Positions 1 to 8,826 of a DNA stretch of 32,000 nt are shown in pieces. Position numbers and translations under genes: made by a program. The notes beneath the pieces were generated by a model, which saw nothing but the letters and a program-made list of their open reading frames with translations, ran no database searches and was not told where the DNA came from. The stretch's first letter is position 1. Each line of letters starts with the position of its first letter. This stretch comes from Puniceicoccales bacterium (GTDB lineage Bacteria; Verrucomicrobiota; Verrucomicrobiia; Opitutales; JAIRLG01): positions 87,225 through 119,224 of the forward strand of contig JAITRB010000003.1 of NCBI GenBank assembly GCA_031288595.1. Reading direction: 5' to 3'.

Positions 1-39
1 GCAAAGGCTTCTTTGCGAAAAAGCTCGAAAGACAGCGAA
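1..39. repeat. Partial copy (A) of the modular intergenic repeat, cut by the window start
   Basis: There is a hairpin gcaaag-gctt-ctttgc at 1-16. It probably extends: gaaaaagctc at 17-26 would pair with sequence left of the window. The right arm aaagacagcg at 28-37 matches the caaagacagc arm of copies D, F, G and H. Confidence 0.5.
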
Positions 40-119
40 GGAACTCCGCCTCACCTCGTGCCGCCCTTCCCTCCAGGACTCTGCTTGACTCTAGAGGGCC
101 CATCCGGTATGCTACGGAC

Positions 120-1712
120 GTGGATGGTAAGGGAAAGGCTTCCTTAAGAGTGGATGGGCAAGCTTATTCCATCGGGAAGGAACGCCAGGTGCTGGAACTC
201 TGCCTGGCCAACGGCATCGAGCTGCCCCACCTCTGCAACCAAAAGGGCCTCAGCGTCGAGACAAGCTGCGGGCTCTGCTTCATCGAGCAGAGGATACAGG
301 GACAGTGGTTACCCGTCCTTGCCTGCGTCCTCGTCCCACAGGACGGCATCGAAATTCGGACGGAATCGGAGAGCATCAGCACCCTACGCCGGCTCAGCGC
401 CATGAACCTACTCCGAATCCACAGCGTCCGCTGCGAAACCTGCTCAAAGCTCGGCAGCTGCTTCCTCCGAAAGATTTATCGACAGGTCCCCTGCGGTCTG
501 ACGCTCGAACTGGCTCCAGATGAGGAATTCGAAGCCCCCGTGGCCTTGGGACAGAATAGTCTCTGCATCGATCGGCGCAAATGCATCGGCTGTGGACTCT
601 GCGTGCGCTATGTCCAGGAAGTTCTGGGGGAGGACTGGCTGTCCATCGAAACCCTGCCGCACGGATTCCGCCGCATCGATGCCTATCCCGGCATCCACAT
701 TCCACCCGAGGAGAACAGCTCGCTCATGAAACTCTGTCCTGTACAGGCGCTGTCGGACAGGCGGCAGCGGTCCATCAGGGTTTACGACACCTATAAGATG
801 GATCATGGCCTGGGTCTACAATCGGAGGCTAGGAAGAATGACCTATGGCCGCAACGGCATCGGCTGGTCAAGGGATCCGCCAGACGTCCGGACATTCCAC
901 TGGAATTTCGGGAAGCAGAGGCACGAAGAGAACTGGTCGAGCGCCGCTTTCGGGAGGATTCCAGGCTACAGCAGCCCCTAATCCATGGGAAGCCGAGCGG
1001 GCTCACTTCAGCGCTCTCCCGTATTCTCGCTGCCCTGAGCAGCTCTCGGTGCCTCGGCTTCATTCTGTCCGATGACCTGTGCCTCGAGGATCTGCTCCTC
1101 GTCCATCGCTGGTGTTTGCAGCGCAAACCGGGAAAAATTTGGTTCGTCGCAGGCCCTGCTCCGGAGCGCCGCTACCCACCCACTCACACCATGGGCCATC
1201 GGGTCTTTTCCGATTTGGGTTTGGGGAATTTCGCTGACCAAAGGTCCGATTTCCTGGAAATCCACCAGGCGACAGAGGCACGGATCATCGATGCCATCTG
1301 TTTATTTGGCGACATCGTCTCCCAAGGACTGAATGGGAAAGCACTCTGTGCTGTTCCGAGCCTCTACATGGGCCCGAACTCCAATACGAGCAGTGAGCTC
1401 TGCGATTTCGTCCTGCCGACGGCCTTGCCCGATGAAAGGGACGGATGGACTCTGGGAGAGGACCAAAGGCTGCGCGCATTTCGGGCCGAGAAAAGGGGAG
1501 GAGCTGAGGTTTATCCAGAGTGGCAATGGATGGCGATGATGATCAATCTCTACGCCGACTACCCCCAAGGGCAGTGGAAATACATGAATCGAACGGCCCT
1601 GTGGAGTGAGCTGCAGATTTTCTATCCGGCTCTGGGAAAAATCACCGATGAGGCCCTGCCGAGCGAAGGCTTGGAACTCGAGTTGGGCGGCCGGAGAAAG
1701 CTAAAGAGCTAA
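120..1712 (+). CDS. NuoG-like Fe-S protein (NADH-quinone oxidoreductase subunit G family), short form of 530 aa
   Basis: The N-terminus has a 2Fe-2S ferredoxin-like pattern (HLCNQKGLSVETSCGLCFIE...ACV). It is followed by a His-Cys3 4Fe-4S pattern (HSVRCETCSKLGSC) and a CxxCxxC...CP pattern (CIGCGLCVRY...LCPVQAL), in the same order as NuoG/Nqo3. The start is GTG. No other nuo genes flank it. Confidence 0.6.
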   Translation: MDGKGKASLRVDGQAYSIGKERQVLELCLANGIELPHLCNQKGLSVETSCGLCFIEQRIQGQWLPVLACVLVPQDGIEIRTESESISTLRRLSAMNLLRIHSVRCETCSKLGSCFLRKIYRQVPCGLTLELAPDEEFEAPVALGQNSLCIDRRKCIGCGLCVRYVQEVLGEDWLSIETLPHGFRRIDAYPGIHIPPEENSSLMKLCPVQALSDRRQRSIRVYDTYKMDHGLGLQSEARKNDLWPQRHRLVKGSARRPDIPLEFREAEARRELVERRFREDSRLQQPLIHGKPSGLTSALSRILAALSSSRCLGFILSDDLCLEDLLLVHRWCLQRKPGKIWFVAGPAPERRYPPTHTMGHRVFSDLGLGNFADQRSDFLEIHQATEARIIDAICLFGDIVSQGLNGKALCAVPSLYMGPNSNTSSELCDFVLPTALPDERDGWTLGEDQRLRAFRAEKRGGAEVYPEWQWMAMMINLYADYPQGQWKYMNRTALWSELQIFYPALGKITDEALPSEGLELELGGRRKLKS

Positions 1713-1761
1713 AATCGCAGCAATCTTCAAGCCAGATATTCCCTTCGATGGGCGCTAGGGC

Positions 1762-1865
1762 TTTTGTCGCCTTTGGAGCCCAAGGGGCTCTCGGCCCGCT
1801 GCGCGGGCCGTTGGGGAGAAGCAGGGAAAAGCCTTTTCCTGCTTCTCTCCACAAAGGCGACAAAA
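1762..1865. repeat. Modular intergenic repeat, copy B (order short-GC-long)
   Basis: Arms ttttgtcgcctttg (1762-1775) and caaaggcgacaaaa (1852-1865) are complementary. Inside are hairpins gagccc-aag-gggctc (1776-1790), ggcccgc-tgc-gcgggcc (1793-1809) and gagaagcagggaaaag/cttttcctgcttctc (~1815-1850). Confidence 0.85.
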
Positions 1866-1951
1866 AAACACCAACTCCTCTCTTAAATTCCCGAAATCTT
1901 TCCCCGAACTTGGGCTTGCCAGGCCAGGATGAAAGGTTTAGGAAATAGGGA

Positions 1952-2932
1952 ATGTCTTCGTCGCTGGAGCAGCTGAAGCGCTGGAGTGTCGTCGTCGCGG
2001 ACACGGGTGACTTCGGGCAGCTGCGGCGGTTTCGGCCATCGGAGGCCACGACGAACCCGAGTCTCATCCTTCGGGCCTCTCAGCAGGAATCATGCCGAGA
2101 TTTCTGCCGATCCGTGACAAAAAATGCGCGCCATGTCGGGGAGGCCATGTTCCAGCTGCTCCTCCATTTCGGCCTGGAAATCCTAAAGATCATCCCGGGA
2201 CGGGTCTCGCTCGAAGTCGATGCTCGCCTCTCCTTCGATTCTGAACGGATCATCACCTATGCACGGGAGCTGGCGAGCGCTTTGGCCAAACAGGGGATGG
2301 GGCGCGAGCGAATTCTGATCAAGATCGCGGCCACCTGTGAGGGAATTCAGGCGGCCCGAGAGCTGGAAAAAGAGGGAATCCATACAAATCTCACCCTGAT
2401 TTTTTCGCTTGTCCAGGCCATCGCCTGCGCTGAGGCCCGGGTAGGCCTGGTTTCCCCCTTCGTCGGGAGGATTTGGGATTGGTATCAAAAGCATCCAGAG
2501 GCGAATCACGAAGGCGAATCGGACCCCGGCGTCCTGTCCGTAAGGCGTATTTTTTATCACTACAAGCGGCGGGGATATGAGACCCAAATCATGGCGGCCA
2601 GCTTTCGCCATATTGAGGAAATCCTCGCATTGGCCGGTTGCGATCTGCTGACCATCAGCCCCACATTTCTTGCAGAGCTGCAGGAAAGCCAAAGGGAGGT
2701 GCCCCGAAGACTGTTCATCCCTGAAATGAGCGGTGAGCCGGAAGAAAACGGGAATCTCTCGGGCCTAGGTGCGGCTGAATTTCAGCTACAGCTGACGAAA
2801 GACGCCATGGCCTGCGAGAAACTCCACGAAGGCATCCGGCAGTTCTGTCGCGATACAGATACCTTGGAAGAGCTGATTCAGAGGGATTGGCAAAACCCCA
2901 GCATTGAATCTGGAGAGAATTTAAAAACATGA
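1952..2932 (+). CDS. tal: Transaldolase
   Basis: The 326 aa product shows the N-terminal transaldolase signature VVADTGDF...EATTNPSL and the active-site region ILIKIAATCEGIQAA. The length fits TalB-type enzymes. Confidence 0.9.
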   Translation: MSSSLEQLKRWSVVVADTGDFGQLRRFRPSEATTNPSLILRASQQESCRDFCRSVTKNARHVGEAMFQLLLHFGLEILKIIPGRVSLEVDARLSFDSERIITYARELASALAKQGMGRERILIKIAATCEGIQAARELEKEGIHTNLTLIFSLVQAIACAEARVGLVSPFVGRIWDWYQKHPEANHEGESDPGVLSVRRIFYHYKRRGYETQIMAASFRHIEEILALAGCDLLTISPTFLAELQESQREVPRRLFIPEMSGEPEENGNLSGLGAAEFQLQLTKDAMACEKLHEGIRQFCRDTDTLEELIQRDWQNPSIESGENLKT

Positions 2933-2959
2933 GTGAGATTCAGGACGCGGGCGGTCCTT

Positions 2960-3042
2960 CTCGCTGCCTTTGGATTCCGGAGGAATCGCCCATGTCATGG
3001 GCACCTCATGCCGAATTTTCGGCATGAGGTAAAGGCAGCGAG
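2960..3042. repeat. Modular intergenic repeat, copy C (order short-central-long; divergent central hairpin)
   Basis: Arms are ctcgctgccttt (2960-2971) and aaaggcagcgag (3031-3042). Hairpins are gattcc-gga-ggaatc (2973-2987), gcccatg-t-catgggc (2988-3002, replacing the usual GGCCCGC stem) and acctcatgccgaa-tt-ttcggcatgaggt (3003-3030). Confidence 0.8.
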
Positions 3043-3091
3043 CGAGCGGAAGCGCTATTGACCTTTTTGCCCGAACGGAGACAACGGAAAC

Positions 3092-4084
3092 ATGGAAGAC
3101 GAGCATTTCGAGGATGTGGAGGCATTTTTTAATGCCTGCCAACAGCTGAGGGGCAAAAGGGTGGGGATTGTGGGCCATACCCAAATCGATGGCGATGCAG
3201 CGGGCTCCCAAATCGCTCTCTTTGAAATTTTGAAAAACATGGCCAGCATGCCCTTTCTCATCGAGCCGGAGACGGGCATACCGGATAACCTGAAATTTCT
3301 CTACGAGGGATACGAGCTCCACCGTCCTTCGGATCCGTCGGTGGAGGAGTGGTGCGTCGTGGACTGCGGCACGCCGAATCGCCCGGGGAAATTTTTCGAG
3401 GCCCTCCATCCCTTTCTGCTGATCGACCATCATCTTCCCCCAGCCACCTTTGCCCTCCATAACTTCGTCCATCCCAGAGCCGCGGCCACCTGCGAGATTT
3501 TGGCCGACTATCTCTATCAGAAAAATTTTCCCATTCCTCGTTCCGCTGCCAGGGCCCTCTACGTCGGGCTCATCATGGACACGGGCAACTACACCTATGA
3601 CTCCGTTCGGGCATCGACTCTGCGCCTGGGTGCTTACCTTCTGGACCAGGGTCTTCGGCCTCAGCCTCTGGCTACTCTGGTCTACAATCAGGAGCCACGC
3701 CGGAAATTTTCCCTGTTGGAGCGCTTTTTAAAATCCTGGAAATTCTATGCCGATGAACAGCTCTGTTTCGGCTTTTTACAGGATCAGGATTATCGAAATA
3801 CCGGCTGCACTCTGGAGGATGCCCAGGGATTTGTCGATTATCCTCGTTCCGTTTGCGGTGTACGCATCTCCGGATTGCTGCAGGAATACGAAGGGATCTG
3901 TAAAATCAGCCTGCGCTCGCACGAGCCCGCGCTACGCCTCGACCAAATCGCCCAGCGCTTTCAGGGCGGAGGACATACCTGTGCCGCGGGATTTTTAACG
4001 ACCGCTGCGCCTAGCAGCTTCTGGGATGAGCTGATGAACGCCTTGCAAGAGCGGCTGAAAGCAGTCGAAGGACCCTCCCTATGA
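3092..4084 (+). CDS. DHH-family phosphoesterase (NrnA-like oligoribonuclease / pAp phosphatase)
   Basis: DHH-family motifs are present: GHTQIDGDAAGS, LLIDHH, MDTGNYTY and C-terminal GGGHTCAAGF (DHHA1). The stop overlaps the truB start (ATGA). Confidence 0.75.
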   Translation: MEDEHFEDVEAFFNACQQLRGKRVGIVGHTQIDGDAAGSQIALFEILKNMASMPFLIEPETGIPDNLKFLYEGYELHRPSDPSVEEWCVVDCGTPNRPGKFFEALHPFLLIDHHLPPATFALHNFVHPRAAATCEILADYLYQKNFPIPRSAARALYVGLIMDTGNYTYDSVRASTLRLGAYLLDQGLRPQPLATLVYNQEPRRKFSLLERFLKSWKFYADEQLCFGFLQDQDYRNTGCTLEDAQGFVDYPRSVCGVRISGLLQEYEGICKISLRSHEPALRLDQIAQRFQGGGHTCAAGFLTTAAPSSFWDELMNALQERLKAVEGPSL

Positions 4085-4809
4085 GGGACAGAGGCAATCC
4101 GGATAACTGGGAGGGCATCTTGCTCCTCCAGAAACCGGTCGGCCTCACATCTCACGATGTGGTGGCTCGCTTAAGGCGATGCTTGGGCATTCGGAAAATC
4201 GGTCATGCCGGTACCCTGGATCCCATGGCTTCCGGCTTGCTGATAATTCTGGTCGGACGGGCTACGAAGGCCTCGGCCTATTTTTCCAGCAAGGACAAGG
4301 TTTATGAGGGAATTTTTCGTCTGGGTGTGACGACGGAGACTCAGGATTCCGACGGTCAGGTACTGGAGGCGAAGGAAATCCCAAAGTTTTCAACAGAGGA
4401 GCTGCGGGCAGCCCTAGCGGTCTTCGGGGGAGATCAGTACCAGCTGCCCCCCATGTATTCGGCAAAAAAAATTCACGGGAAACCGCTCTATAAGATGGCC
4501 AGAAAAGGTCTGGAGATCGAGCGAGAGCCGCGTTTCATCCACGTATATATCTTCGACCTAGTCTCCTATGATCCTCCAGAGCTGAGCTTTCGCCTAAAAT
4601 GTTCCAAGGGCACCTATGTCCGTACCTTGGCCCATGACTTAGGTCAACACCTGGGCTGTGGGGCCCATCTCTCCCAACTATGCCGGATCCAGAGTGGGGA
4701 TTTCGACCTGAGTGCTGCGTGGCCGCTGGAAGAGCTGGAGCAAATGCCTTTTAGGGAATTAAATCGGTGTCTGATCCCGCTGCGAGAAGCGCTACCCCTA
4801 GCGCCATGA
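4081..4809 (+). CDS. truB: tRNA pseudouridine(55) synthase TruB
   Basis: The protein contains GILLLQKPVGLTSHDVV...GHAGTLDPMASGLL, which includes the catalytic Asp motif, and QLPPMYSAKK. Confidence 0.9.
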   Translation: MRDRGNPDNWEGILLLQKPVGLTSHDVVARLRRCLGIRKIGHAGTLDPMASGLLIILVGRATKASAYFSSKDKVYEGIFRLGVTTETQDSDGQVLEAKEIPKFSTEELRAALAVFGGDQYQLPPMYSAKKIHGKPLYKMARKGLEIEREPRFIHVYIFDLVSYDPPELSFRLKCSKGTYVRTLAHDLGQHLGCGAHLSQLCRIQSGDFDLSAAWPLEELEQMPFRELNRCLIPLREALPLAP

Positions 4810-4846
4810 GAAACTGTGCCATGTCCCATTCTTTTCCTTGTCATCC

Positions 4847-4943
4847 GGGGCTGTCTTTGCCCGAAGGAGGCGAAGGCCAAAGCCTTCGCCTCCTTCGGGC
4901 TGCCCGCTCCGCGGGCGAGCCCGAAGGGCTCCAAAGACAGCCC
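4847..4943. repeat. Modular intergenic repeat, copy D (order long-GC-short)
   Basis: Arms are ggggctgtctttg (4847-4859) and caaagacagccc (4932-4943). Inside are a perfect 18 bp hairpin cccgaaggaggcgaaggc-caaa-gccttcgcctccttcggg (4860-4899), gcccgc-tcc-gcgggc (4902-4916) and gagccc-gaa-gggctc (4917-4931). Confidence 0.85.
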
Positions 4944-5002
4944 AGGCCCCTAAAGCTCCCGGAGGCCCCAAATACCCTCTTCGCCGCCCCTTTTTCCCTC
5001 CG

Positions 5003-5971
5003 ATGGAAATCCTGCTGAGCAAGGGAGAGGAGCCCTGCCGTTTGTCGCTGTCCCGACCGGTCATCCTGGCCATCGGCAATTTTGACGGCGTGCATCGGGG
5101 CCACCAGCGCATCTTGACCCATACCATCGCCTGCGCCCGTTCCCTCGGCGGCATCGCCGCTGTCTACACCTTTTCCCCTCATCCCAGTTCCATCATCGAA
5201 GGGCTGCCCTCCAAAGCGCTCATCTTCCCCAAAGAGATCAAATACGCCTGTATCGCTTCGCTGGGCATCGATGTCCTGATCGAGCAGCATTTCGACCGAC
5301 TCTTCTCCCAGCTTTCAGGAGAGAATTTTCTGCCATTGCTGCAGAAGAAAATCCCGACCCTGCGGGGCCTTTGCGTCGGCGAAGACTTCTGCTTTGGCTG
5401 CGGACGCTCGAGTGACAGCATGGCCCTCGGGCTTCTGGCGAAAAAAATGGGCATCGAAACGCATATCCTGCCCTCTCTCTGCTCGCCGGATGAGCGGCGC
5501 ATCAGCAGCACACGCGTTCGCAGGTCGATTTCCTCCGCGCATATGGAACTGACCCGCGAGCTATTGGGTCGGCCCTACGAGATAGAGGGAAAATGCCAGG
5601 GGAAGGGAAAAACGTCCTTCGGGCCTTACGCTGAGCTCCGGCTCGACTGGGAACCGGAACTCAAGCTGCGCAGTGGCCTCTACTACGTGCGTTATCGGAC
5701 CAGAACTCCAGAGAGGAGTAATTCCAAAGCGGAAGAGGGTATTCTGTACTACCCTCCCCAAAATTCCACGCTGTCTGGCCAGTGCTGCCGGATCTATCCC
5801 CTTCGGGAAACGGTGTTCTCTTCCGGCGATGCGATTTGCCTCCACTGCCTGCACTACTCGGAGGATTTTTTGGAAAATCCAGAAGAGGATCGGGAGGAGG
5901 GGAGCCTATTCGAACAGGAGCGGGAGATGGCCTGGAACTATTTCTTGAAAAAATTTCCCCATGGCGATTGA
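5003..5971 (+). CDS. ribF: Bifunctional riboflavin kinase / FAD synthetase RibF, with a divergent C-terminal kinase module
   Basis: The FMN adenylyltransferase motif ILAIGNFDGVHRGHQ lies just after the ATG at 5003. The track ORF starts at TTG 4838, but residues 1-55 are a read-through of repeat copy D (RRRRRPKPSPPSG...). The gene overlaps the helicase start by 11 nt. Confidence 0.8.
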   Translation: MEILLSKGEEPCRLSLSRPVILAIGNFDGVHRGHQRILTHTIACARSLGGIAAVYTFSPHPSSIIEGLPSKALIFPKEIKYACIASLGIDVLIEQHFDRLFSQLSGENFLPLLQKKIPTLRGLCVGEDFCFGCGRSSDSMALGLLAKKMGIETHILPSLCSPDERRISSTRVRRSISSAHMELTRELLGRPYEIEGKCQGKGKTSFGPYAELRLDWEPELKLRSGLYYVRYRTRTPERSNSKAEEGILYYPPQNSTLSGQCCRIYPLRETVFSSGDAICLHCLHYSEDFLENPEEDREEGSLFEQEREMAWNYFLKKFPHGD

Positions 5972-8048
5972 TTTCCAGAAGGAGCTAAATGGGGAGCAGT
6001 ACGCCGCCGTTTCTTCCTCCGCTCGCTCGCTGTTGATCCTGGCCGGTGCGGGCACAGGCAAGACGCGGACCCTGACCTATCGAGTAGCCTGGTTGCTGGA
6101 ACACGGTGTTGAGCCGGAGCAGATTCTCCTCCTCACCTTCACGAACAAGGCAGCGCGGGAGATGCTCATGCGGGTAGAAGGCCTGACCGGCTATCCCCGG
6201 GATGCTTTCTGGGGGGGGACCTTCCACCACATCGCCCAGCGCCTGATCCGTCCCCATGCGGCACTTCTGGATCTTCAGATGAATTTCGGCATTTTGGATG
6301 AATCCGACGCAGTGCAGCTCTTCACGGAGGCCATACGGCGGGTATCGCCGGACTTTTTAAAGGATAAGGCCCTTCCCAAACCCAAGGTTCTGCTCGAAAG
6401 TATCGGCTATGCCCGCAACGCGCGGCACCCGTTTGAAGAAACCCTTTCTGCTCGATGGAAGCAGGCTGGCTTTGCCATCGATGAAATCCTGGGCTTTTTC
6501 AAGAACTACCAGAAGGATAAGCGGGAGCAGTCGGTGCTGGACTACGACGATCTTCTGGAACTGGCCATCCGGCTCCTGCGGGAACAGCCGGATATCGCCG
6601 CCCACTACAGCCGGCGATTCCAACACATTCTGGTCGACGAGTATCAGGACACCAATGACCTTCAGGGCAAGCTGATCGACCTTCTAGCCGCCGAGCACCA
6701 GATTTTCGCCGTCGGCGACGATGCCCAGTGCATCTACAGCTGGCGCGGCGCAGACATCGAGAACATCCATCGCTTTTCCGAGCGGCACCCGCAAGCGGAA
6801 ATTTTCAAAATCACGCTGAATTACCGGAGTTCTCCCGAAATTCTCCGCTTGGCCAATGCCATTCCGATCACCCATGAAAAGATCTTTCGCAAGGAGCTCC
6901 ACGCGACGCGTACGGCGCACAAAAAACCCCTGCTGATCCATGTGTCGGACTTTCACCAGCAGGCGAGGTTCGTCGTCCGGCGTTTAAGAACCCTTCTCAA
7001 CGGGGGCTACCGCCTTTCGGACATCGCAGTGCTCTACCGCGCGCACTACCAATCCATGGAGTTGCAGATGGAGCTGAGCAAGGCCCAGGTCCCTTACACG
7101 GTTACCAGTGGCGTGCGCTTTTTTGAACAGGCCCACATCCGCGACCTGATCGCGATGCTTCGGGTGGTGCACAATGCGCGGGACCGCTGTGCTTGGCTGC
7201 GCGTTCTTTGCCGCTTGCCGAAAGTGGGGGAGAAAACCGCCGAGCGCATTTTGGGAAAAATCGATGAGGAATCCGCCCGCAGTGGCCGAGAATCTTGGGA
7301 GGTTTTGGAGGATGACGCTGCATCGGAATTCTGCCCAAAGGAAGCGCAGATTTTCTGGCTCATCCTGCTTAAGGCCCTAGTCAAGGCTAGGCATCAGCTG
7401 CCGGAATCGATGGCCGCTCAAAAATCGACTCCCTATTCCCCAGATCTCTTTGCCTACGCCGCCACCCAAGAACGGATACTCCCCAGGGCCGAAAAAGCTG
7501 AGGGAACACCCCAGAAGATTCTCTCCTTGCTCTGGGAAGGGGAGTACCGCGACTACCTGCGCCGCAGTTTTGCCAATGCGTCCTCACGATCGGAAGACGT
7601 GTTGGCTCTGCTGAACTTTGCCGAGCGCTTCGGAACAGTGGATGAGCTGCTCTTCCAGGTGGCCCTTCAGCAGTCAGAGGAGCGAGAAACGGCGGAGCCT
7701 CAGAATAGCCTTAGCTTGACAAGCATTCACCAGGCGAAGGGTTTGGAGTTCCATGTGGTCTTTATCCTATGCCTGAACGAGGGTTTTTTTCCCTCCAAAC
7801 GGGCACTGGAGGAGGTCTCGCTTCAGGAGGAACGGCGCCTGTTCTACGTAGCCGTCACCCGGGCCAAGGATGAGCTCTACCTCTGTTGTCCCCAACAATC
7901 CTCTTCACGCGGCCCCGGCAGCTTTTCGCCTCCTCTCCAGCCCAGTCGCTTTCTAGAAGAGCTATCGGAGAAGAGCTATGAGCTTATCCAGGATCCGCCC
8001 TTTCCTCTATCTCCGTCGAAGAATTTCAAGACGAAGAACTTTTTATGA
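5961..8048 (+). CDS. UvrD/PcrA/Rep-family ATP-dependent DNA helicase
   Basis: Superfamily 1 helicase motifs are present in order: LNGEQYAAV, AGAGTGKTRTL (Walker A), LTFTNKAA, VDEYQDTN, FAVGDDAQCIYSWRGA, LNYRS, SIHQAKGLEF and YVAVTRAK. Confidence 0.85.
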   Translation: MAIDFQKELNGEQYAAVSSSARSLLILAGAGTGKTRTLTYRVAWLLEHGVEPEQILLLTFTNKAAREMLMRVEGLTGYPRDAFWGGTFHHIAQRLIRPHAALLDLQMNFGILDESDAVQLFTEAIRRVSPDFLKDKALPKPKVLLESIGYARNARHPFEETLSARWKQAGFAIDEILGFFKNYQKDKREQSVLDYDDLLELAIRLLREQPDIAAHYSRRFQHILVDEYQDTNDLQGKLIDLLAAEHQIFAVGDDAQCIYSWRGADIENIHRFSERHPQAEIFKITLNYRSSPEILRLANAIPITHEKIFRKELHATRTAHKKPLLIHVSDFHQQARFVVRRLRTLLNGGYRLSDIAVLYRAHYQSMELQMELSKAQVPYTVTSGVRFFEQAHIRDLIAMLRVVHNARDRCAWLRVLCRLPKVGEKTAERILGKIDEESARSGRESWEVLEDDAASEFCPKEAQIFWLILLKALVKARHQLPESMAAQKSTPYSPDLFAYAATQERILPRAEKAEGTPQKILSLLWEGEYRDYLRRSFANASSRSEDVLALLNFAERFGTVDELLFQVALQQSEERETAEPQNSLSLTSIHQAKGLEFHVVFILCLNEGFFPSKRALEEVSLQEERRLFYVAVTRAKDELYLCCPQQSSSRGPGSFSPPLQPSRFLEELSEKSYELIQDPPFPLSPSKNFKTKNFL

Positions 8049-8229
8049 TATATACCGATCACGGAATATCAAGATCTGAAGCAGCTACTCGATGAAGGCA
8101 AAACATACCAGCGCTAGCTCCACCTCGACCAAGATCCCCAGGCACACCAGACAACCCAGAAGAGGAAAACTGGGACGATGAGTTCTCAAGAAGAGCACTC
8201 CTCATCAAGTCTAGATTTAACGGGCATCT

Positions 8230-8826
8230 TCAGTGCGGGAGATCCCTCTTATGAGGATGATCGGAGCCTTCCCCTTTTTCATAGACCGCCATCGATGGGC
8301 CTTGGCCCGTTGTCTGGCCGAGGCGGCGGAGGAGAGAGAGGGATTCATGAGCTGGAGGAGCTAGGTCGGATGGGAGTTCGAAGGCGAGCCGTCCACCGCT
8401 TTGAAGAAGTGGGAGCACATGGGCCAATAGGCTTGGCGCTTGGCTACGGGACAGGACGAAGGGCGGGTCGAGAAAGATGAGATTGAAGGGCTGCTCAGAA
8501 CGAAAGTGCCAGACATCGCCGCACCGCACTTCACAGGGACTCGAAGAGATCTTGAGGCTTTTGAGCACAGCCTGGAGATTCTGGCGCAAAATCTCCGCCA
8601 TTCGCCTGTTCCTCTCGACAAACACTCCGGCCCGAGCCCCGCGGCTCAGAGCCTCCAGGCCATAGGAACCTGTGCCGGCAAAAAGATCGAGGAAGCTCTT
8701 GTCCCGAATCCATGCCCCTAGCGAAGAGAAAAGGGCCTCCCGCAGGGAGCCCGTAGCCGGACGCAGTTCTCGACGAGAGAGCGAGATCAGGGAGATTCCT
8801 CTGGCCCTACCACCGCTGATGCGCAT
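8230..8826 (-). CDS. rsmD: 16S rRNA (guanine966-N2)-methyltransferase RsmD
   Basis: The protein shows MRISGGRARG...LRPATGSLREALFSSLG, the SAM motif FLDLFAGTGSYGLEALSRGA and IFLDPPF. Its start overlaps the 3' end of gmk by 40 nt. Confidence 0.8.
   Translation of the reverse strand: MRISGGRARGISLISLSRRELRPATGSLREALFSSLGAWIRDKSFLDLFAGTGSYGLEALSRGARAGVFVERNRRMAEILRQNLQAVLKSLKISSSPCEVRCGDVWHFRSEQPFNLIFLDPPFVLSRSQAPSLLAHVLPLLQSGGRLAFELPSDLAPPAHESLSLLRRLGQTTGQGPSMAVYEKGEGSDHPHKRDLPH

Noticed and set aside
1748-1948. Short ORFs that span repeat copies or tRNA genes (1748..1948, 12448..12861, 13837..14244, 14016..14222, 18250..18891, 23031..23294, 28985..29788).
   Set aside because: Their reading frames are made of palindromic repeat modules or tRNA sequence. 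The translations are low-complexity and rich in Arg, Pro and Gly. None shows a family motif.
2183-3472. Antisense and overlapping ORFs of 100-200 aa (for example 2183..2692, 2921..3472, 4841..5290, 11607..12170, 22124..22624, 27470..28087, 28296..28781, 30015..30506).
   Set aside because: Each lies opposite to, or out of frame with, a gene that has clear family motifs. Their compositions are typical of non-coding frames in GC-rich sequence.
4838-5002. N-terminal 55 aa extension of ribF in the ORF track (TTG start, RRRRRPKPSPPSGCPLRGRARRAP...).
   Set aside because: These codons are a read-through of repeat copy D, and the sequence is Arg/Pro-rich and low in complexity. The conserved RibF N-terminus begins right after the ATG at 5003.
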